The position numbers were made by a program, and so were the translations under genes. A DNA stretch of 64,000 nucleotides from Macrostomum lignano (taxonomy: Eukaryota): the NCBI GenBank assembly GCA_002269645.1, contig NIVC01000020.1, forward strand, positions 1 through 64,000, in the 5' to 3' direction. Numbering within the stretch: position 1 is the stretch's first letter; every line of letters starts with the position of its first letter. This document shows positions 58,036-64,000 of the stretch, piece by piece. The notes under the pieces are model-generated. The model saw only the letters and a program-made list of their open reading frames with translations. It made no database searches and was not told the DNA's origin.

Positions 58036-61000
58036 TCAGCCCAGCTCCACCTCGGCCGTCTCGATCTCCATGGGCGGCACCGCCAGCGCCTCGGCGACGG
58101 GCCCGTAGTCGTACATCAGGCTGAGCGACTTCCGCCTGGCGGACAGCAGCGACAGGTCGGCGAAGAGGCCGGACAGCGGCACGGAGGCTGAGGCGGACAC
58201 GCGGCACTCGTCGGTGGTGAGCGGGAAGGCGCAGGAGACGCCGCGGCGGTGCAGGCTGAGCTGAGCGGTGCGCTCATTGTGCAGGGTGCGCAGGTTCAGC
58301 AGGTGCAGGTCGCAGGCGAGGCCGGCGGGGGGCGCCAGCGACAGGCGGGCGGGGACGCCGGCCAGGTCGGAGTCGGCAGCGAGCCTGGCGGAGGGCATCG
58401 CCACAGGCGGGTGCAGCAGGGAGTCCAGGCTGAGGGTGGCCAGGCCGCTGGGGAAGCCGAGGTCGCCGTCGGCGTCGGCGGGGCCGGAGGCGGCCTCCAG
58501 CAGCAGGCGGAAGGTGCTGGGCGTTGGCCGATTGTCGAGGACCCCCTGCGCCAGGCCGAGGCCATCGTCTTGGGCCAGGGTGCGGTCCAGGAACAGCTCC
58601 AGGCTGCCGCTGGCCGGGCTGTGCACCCCCATGGGCTGGGCCGCCACCACGGACAGGCGCACGCCGTTAGACTGCAGGGACGAAGGAAATTGTACAAATG
58701 TACTTTTGCTGATCAGTCTTGGAGCTTGGATAGAACTGAAGGATTATGGCAACACCTGGCCTGCTACTTTAAAAACTCCACTTGGGCTGATTTCACAGAG
58801 TGACGGTGACTAATTAATAAGTGACAGTGACTAGTTGACAAGTGACAGTGACAATTTTACAAGTGACAGCGACTATTTGACAAATGACAGTGACTATTTG
58901 ACAAGTGACAGTGACTATTTGACAAATGACAGTGACTATTTGACAAGTGACAGTGACTATTTGACAAGTGACAGTGACTATTTGACAAGTGACAGTGAAT
59001 ATTTGACAAGTGACAGTGACTATTTGACAAATGACAGTGACTATTTGACAAATGACAGTGACTATTTGACAAGTGACAGTGACTATTTGACAAATGACAG
59101 TGACTATTTGACAAGTGACAGTGACTATTTGACAAGTGACAGTGACTATTTGACAAGTGACAGTGAATATTTGACAAGTGACAGTGACTATTTGACAAGT
59201 GACAGTGAATATTTGACAAGTGACAGTGACTATTTGACAAGTGACAGTGATTACTTCTTGACAAGTGACTGTGACTAGTGACAATTGTGATCGTTCGAAG
59301 AAATTTTAATTGAGCTACCGAGGTATAAAGAGTTATCAAATGCTGGAGACCAGACGGCAGCGGTTAGCTCTACCTGCATGAAGGCCTGGCAGGGCATGGG
59401 ATACACGTTGGCCTGCAGAGGCAGTTTCTCCCAGTAGGTCCGCTTGGCCAGCTGCAGGCAGTTGATGTCCGAGTAGAAATTCCTCTGTCCGAGCCCGGTG
59501 TCCAGCCGCACGGCCACCTCCAGGTTGGAGTTGCCGCGCACGTTGGCGAGGCTCTCGATCTCCAGGCCGGCACCCTGCGCGGAGTCCGGGCTGGCGTACA
59601 GCCGCGTCACGGTGCGGGCGAACTGGCCGCCCCGGTGCACCTCGGACACGAGCGGGCCGGACACCCGGGTGACGGGTCCGGGCTGGTCGGAGGCTGGCCG
59701 GCCGGGCCCGTCCGGCAGGAACAAGTAGGCGCCGCTGCGCTCCCCGCCAGGCCGAGCTCCGTATGTGTAAAACTTCACGTTCAGCGGCATGCGGCGGCCG
59801 CCCAGCTTCTTGTTGGTGAGGCCGGTGGGCAGGCCGCTGGTGGGGTCGAACTCCACGCTGAGGTGCTCCGACTCCAGCGCCAGCTTGGCCGGCCGGCTGG
59901 CCGCAGCGAATGGGGCGGGCGCAGGCAGGGGGGCGCCGGCGCCGGTGTGGGCGAGGGCGGAGACGGAGAGGCTGGCGCTGGGGCCGCGGCTGACGGCCAG
60001 GCGGGTGAGGGACAGCGGCTCCAGACGCAACAGCACGGCCACGCCGAAGCAGTCGGTGCGGATGTCCTTCCAGTCCGCGGTGAACTGCGGCAGCAGCTGA
60101 GCCGGCAGCTCCTTGCCTTCGTGGTCCTTGACAATTACATGGGCGTCGTTGACAACCAGCCGTATGACCTCCTTGCGAGCTCTGGCCAGCGGGTTGAAGA
60201 TGACAACGTAGCGGGCGGCGGCGCCGGAGCGGATGTCGATGACGCTTGGCGTCGGCAGCGAGTCGTGCCGGTCGCGGGACTCGAAGTCAGCCAGCAGCTC
60301 GCCAGCATCGGAGCTGTAGGTGGCGGGCAGCAGCAGGAACTGGGCGGAGCGGCGCATCACCAGGCGGGCGCTGGACAGCGCGGCCAGCAGCTTCTGCCCG
60401 TAGTCAATGACCACGTGGTCCTTGGCTGTGCCCGTGATGCCGTCATGGTGCTGGAAGAGGCCCAGGCTGCGTCTGGGGTGCGGGGTGGCAGCGGGTCGTT
60501 TTGGTGTGTATATTTTATGGCAAGTTGGGGATTCTGCGGTGGTGATGAGGGGATTCTGCGGTGGTGAGGAGGGGACTCTGCGGTGGTGAGGAGGGGATTC
60601 TGCGGTGGTGAGGAGGGGATTCTGCGGTGGTGAGGAGGGGATTCTGCGGTGGTGAGGAGAGGATTCTGCGGTGGTGAGGAGGGGATTCTGCGGTGGTGAG
60701 GAGGGGATTCTGCGGTGGTGAGGAGGGGATTCTGCAATGGTGAGGAGGGGATTCTGCGGTGGTGAGGAGGGGATTCTGCGGTGGTGAGGGGATTCTGCGG
60801 TGGTGAGGAGGGGATTCTGTGGTGGTCAGGAGGGGATTCTGCGGTGGTGAGGAGGGGATTCTGTGGTGGTCAGGAGGGGATTCTGCGGTGGTGAGGAGGG
60901 GATTCTGTGGTGGTGAGGAGGGGATTCTGCGGTGGTGAGGAAGGGGATTCTCCTTGGCGAGGATGAATTTATTGTCCAGGTGGTCAGAGATTCATGAATC

Positions 61001-63918
61001 GGGTATGGTAGTCTCAGGCTAACCTGGCGGTGGTGAGCGACTCAAACAGGTGCGCGGGTTTCAGCGCAGGCCGTCGGTGAGTTCGCTGGGCGCGGCCAAC
61101 AGCGTAGGAGAACAGCAGCTCAGCAGAGCGCAGCGAGTGCTCCAGGGTCCGCTCCAGGCGCTTGTGGAAAGGCCGGCTGGTGTAGTAGCCGCTCCAGTAG
61201 TGGTCGTCCCGGTCCGCGTAGGTGAAGAAGTCGCCTGGAGGGTTGGCGGGCGTAAAGTTAGGTAGACAAATGATGCCCGCTGGAGTCTAGAACTCCATGG
61301 CCAGACTAGACCAGTGGGTTTCCACTTCAGGTTCGGAGTCCAGAACTCCATGGCCAGACTAGACCAGTGGGTTTCCACTCCAGGTTCGGAGTCTAGAACT
61401 CCATGGCCAGACTCGACCAGTGGGTTTCCACTCCAGGTTCGGAGTCTAGAACTCCATGGCCAGACTCGACCAGTGGGTTTCCACTCCAGTTTCAGAGTCT
61501 AGAACTCCATGGCCAGACTAGACCAGTGGGTTTCCACTCCAGTTTCAGAGTCTAGAACTCTATGGTTAACAGTTAGAGCAATTAGCTCACCTGTGAGCGA
61601 AGGAAAGCTGGCATTCTGCTTAGCCAGCAGGTCAAAGTACTCGGACAGGGTGCCGAACTTCACATTGGCATTCCAGTCGGCCCTGCTGTTGATGTAGGCC
61701 ATGAGCTTGTCGTAGTTCTCGTACTGCCTGGTCCACTCGTTGCCCTGGTAACGGAAGTCGTCGCCCAGCGGCACCAGGAGGACGTTGGTGCCGAACAGGC
61801 TGGCCTTCTTCTTGTACTGGTCCAGCAGCAGCTCCGCCCTGGCCGCCACGTTGGCATCGCTGATAGCCTGCGGCGGCACGCGCCACGGACAGGTGACGGC
61901 GCTGCCGGGCAGGCGGTGGAAGTCGAACTGGCAGCAGATTTTGGGGTCGGGGCCGCAGGTGTGCGGAATGTCGTAGCTGTAGAAGGGCATCATGTGGCAC
62001 AGCATGTCGCTGCCCGGCTCCGCAACCTGCGGGTCCCACAGCTGCTTCCAGCGGAATTCCAGCTGCCGCTGCCGGGCCAACCGCTTCTTCACCGAGTAGT
62101 GCACCCGCTGGACCAGCTGGCGCCGGAAGCCGGCCTTCCGGTAGATGTAGGACAGGCTGCTGGAGTGGCCGAACGGGTCGATCTGCCAGGACGAGTTGGG
62201 CCGCACGCCGATGTGCTTCTCCAGCCACTGGTGGCCCTCCACCAGCTGGTCCACCAGGGCGAAGTAGTGACTGTTGGCCTCGTCCGGCATCACCCAGCCG
62301 CCGCTGACGATCTCCAGCCGGCCGGAGCCGATCAGCTGCTTGGCGGTGTCCCGCTGCTGGTTGGACAGCTCCGACCACCACATGGACAGGAAGGACACCT
62401 CGGCGTAGATAAAGGTCATGCGGGGTAAGTTGGGCAGGCTGCTCAGCATGCCATTGAGCAGGTTAACGGTCTCCGTGCGGTAATACTCATCCAGGGTATT
62501 GCGCCAGCCGGGGTCATTGTGGCTGTGCGGCACCACAATGACCTGCAGCTTGTTGGCGGGGGTGAACCGCTGGGGATCGAAGGTCACCTGCCAGCCCTGC
62601 GGAGTTCATGGCGAGCAGCGAGTGGTTCATGTTTAGCGACTGGTGGCTTGAGTTCCTGCTCATCGATGTCTGTAACCCACTGACAATGCTCATCGATACC
62701 TGTAACCCACCGGCTGACAATGCTCATCGATACCTGTAACCCACGGGCTGACAATGCTCATCGATACCTGTAACCCACCCACTGACAGTGCTCATCGATA
62801 CCTGTAACCCACCCACTGACAATGCTCATTGATACCTGTAACCCACTGACTGACAATGCTCATCGATACCTGTAACCCACTGACTGACAATGCTCATCAA
62901 TACCTGTAACCCACTGACTGACAATGCTCATCAATACCTGTAACCCATCGACTGACAATGCTCATTGATACCTGTAACCCACCCACTGACAATGCTCATT
63001 GATACCTGTAACCCACCCACTGACAATGCTCATTGATACCTGTAACCCACCCACTGACAATGCTCATCGATACCTGTAACCCACCGACTGACAGTGCTCA
63101 TCGATACCTGTAACCCACCGACTGACAATGCTCATCGATACTTGTAACCCACCGACTGACAATGCTCATCGATACCTGTAACCCACCGACTGACAATGCT
63201 CATCAATACCTGTAACCCATCGACTGACAATGCTCATCGATACCTGTAGCTAACTGACTGACAATGCTCATCAATACTTGTAGCCCACCGACTGACACCT
63301 GTAGCCGCACTGCGCCACTAAGTATTCTCAAAGCTGTGGAGTCGTGGACTCTCAAACCACAGCTGGACAGAAAATCCTCACCTGCTTCCACGGACCGCCG
63401 TCGGGATTGTCGAAGCTGATCTCGCTGTACAGTCGGGACATCGGCAGGTCCGCCCGGTGCTGCCGGTTCAGCAGCGCCGACCAGGGCGCCGGGCAGGTGC
63501 GCAACGCGTTGACCGCCAGCTGCGGCACGGGAATTTGCTGCTGCTGCTGCTGGCCGGCTGCTGCAACGCCAGGCGGCGGCTGCAGGGCGCCCTTGAGCGC
63601 GCCGTGCAGATCAGCGAGGGCGGCGTTGCCCGCCCCCAGCTGGCCGTTGGCGTTGAGGTGCGCCAGCAGGCTGTCGATCTTGGCGTTGCCGGACCGGCCG
63701 GCCGTGATCTCCTGCACTGCCTCCCGGATGAGGCGCAGCGCCTCGCGAGTCAGCTTGAGCTGCGACTCAAACTTGCGCACCTGCTCCTCCATGGCGGCCA
63801 GGTCCGACTGCGAGATCTGGCCGGGCTCGGGCGAGGCCGTCCGGTCCAGCATGTTGTAGAACAGGAAGAGCAGCAGCAAGAAGACGGCCAAGTAGTACTT
63901 GAGGTAGCGCCAGCGCAT
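58036..63918 (-). CDS. MAN2A1: Golgi alpha-mannosidase II (GH38); exons 63918-63382, 62596-61591, 61234-61024, 60472-59374, 58671-58036
   Basis: Type II signal anchor, [42 protein letters not shown] and LFLDR motifs. Junction phases are consistent. The MAN2A1 versus MAN2A2 distinction is not meaningful here. Confidence 0.93.
58815..59277. repeat. 21-bp minisatellite, MAN2A intron 4
   Basis: tgacaagtgacagtgactatt units. Confidence 0.95.
60525..60945. repeat. 22-bp minisatellite, MAN2A intron 3
   Basis: gaggaggggattctgcggtggt units. Confidence 0.95.
61280..61560. repeat. 53-bp minisatellite, MAN2A intron 2
   Basis: About 5 copies visible. Confidence 0.93.
62650..63310. repeat. ~30-33-bp minisatellite, MAN2A intron 1
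   Basis: actgacaatgctcatcgatacctgtaaccc units. Confidence 0.95.
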
Positions 63919-64000
63919 AGTGGCTGCCGGCGCTGCAATGGGTGCGGATTCGGCTGGGCTCAACTGGCCAGGGCGACTGGGGCGGCTGCTCAGCCTGAGG

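Overview
Animal nuclear DNA. The GC3-rich, intron-poor housekeeping genes and minisatellite-filled introns are reminiscent of the flatworm Macrostomum, but that host assignment is an unverified inference. The window has three zones. (1) About 1-8.0 kb: an AT-rich, frameshifted endogenous Polinton/Maverick (adintovirus-like) element, all on the minus strand. It encodes a PLA2-integrase fusion, protein-X-like core proteins, major capsid, packaging ATPase, minor capsid, adenain-type protease and a discoidin-domain fibre-like protein. No pPolB lies inside the window. (2) About 8-43 kb: a scrambled accessory zone. It holds repeated fragments of a JmjC demethylase (KDM2/KDM7-like), a SET methyltransferase (SETD8-like), a zinc-finger gene and a PLDLS-containing segment. 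It also holds two LINEs, mariner/Tc1/hAT remnants, MITEs, three paralogues of a coiled-coil plus Gly-rich transmembrane-hairpin protein, and an unknown coiled-coil family. (3) About 43-64 kb: five co-oriented housekeeping genes (MAN2A, BRK1, ZFYVE19, PCCA, TRAPPC2L). Almost every intron and spacer carries its own minisatellite, and several arrays are built from splice-donor junctions or stop codons of the host gene. Exon boundaries were read by eye. Repeat and remnant boundaries are approximate. No database searches were run.
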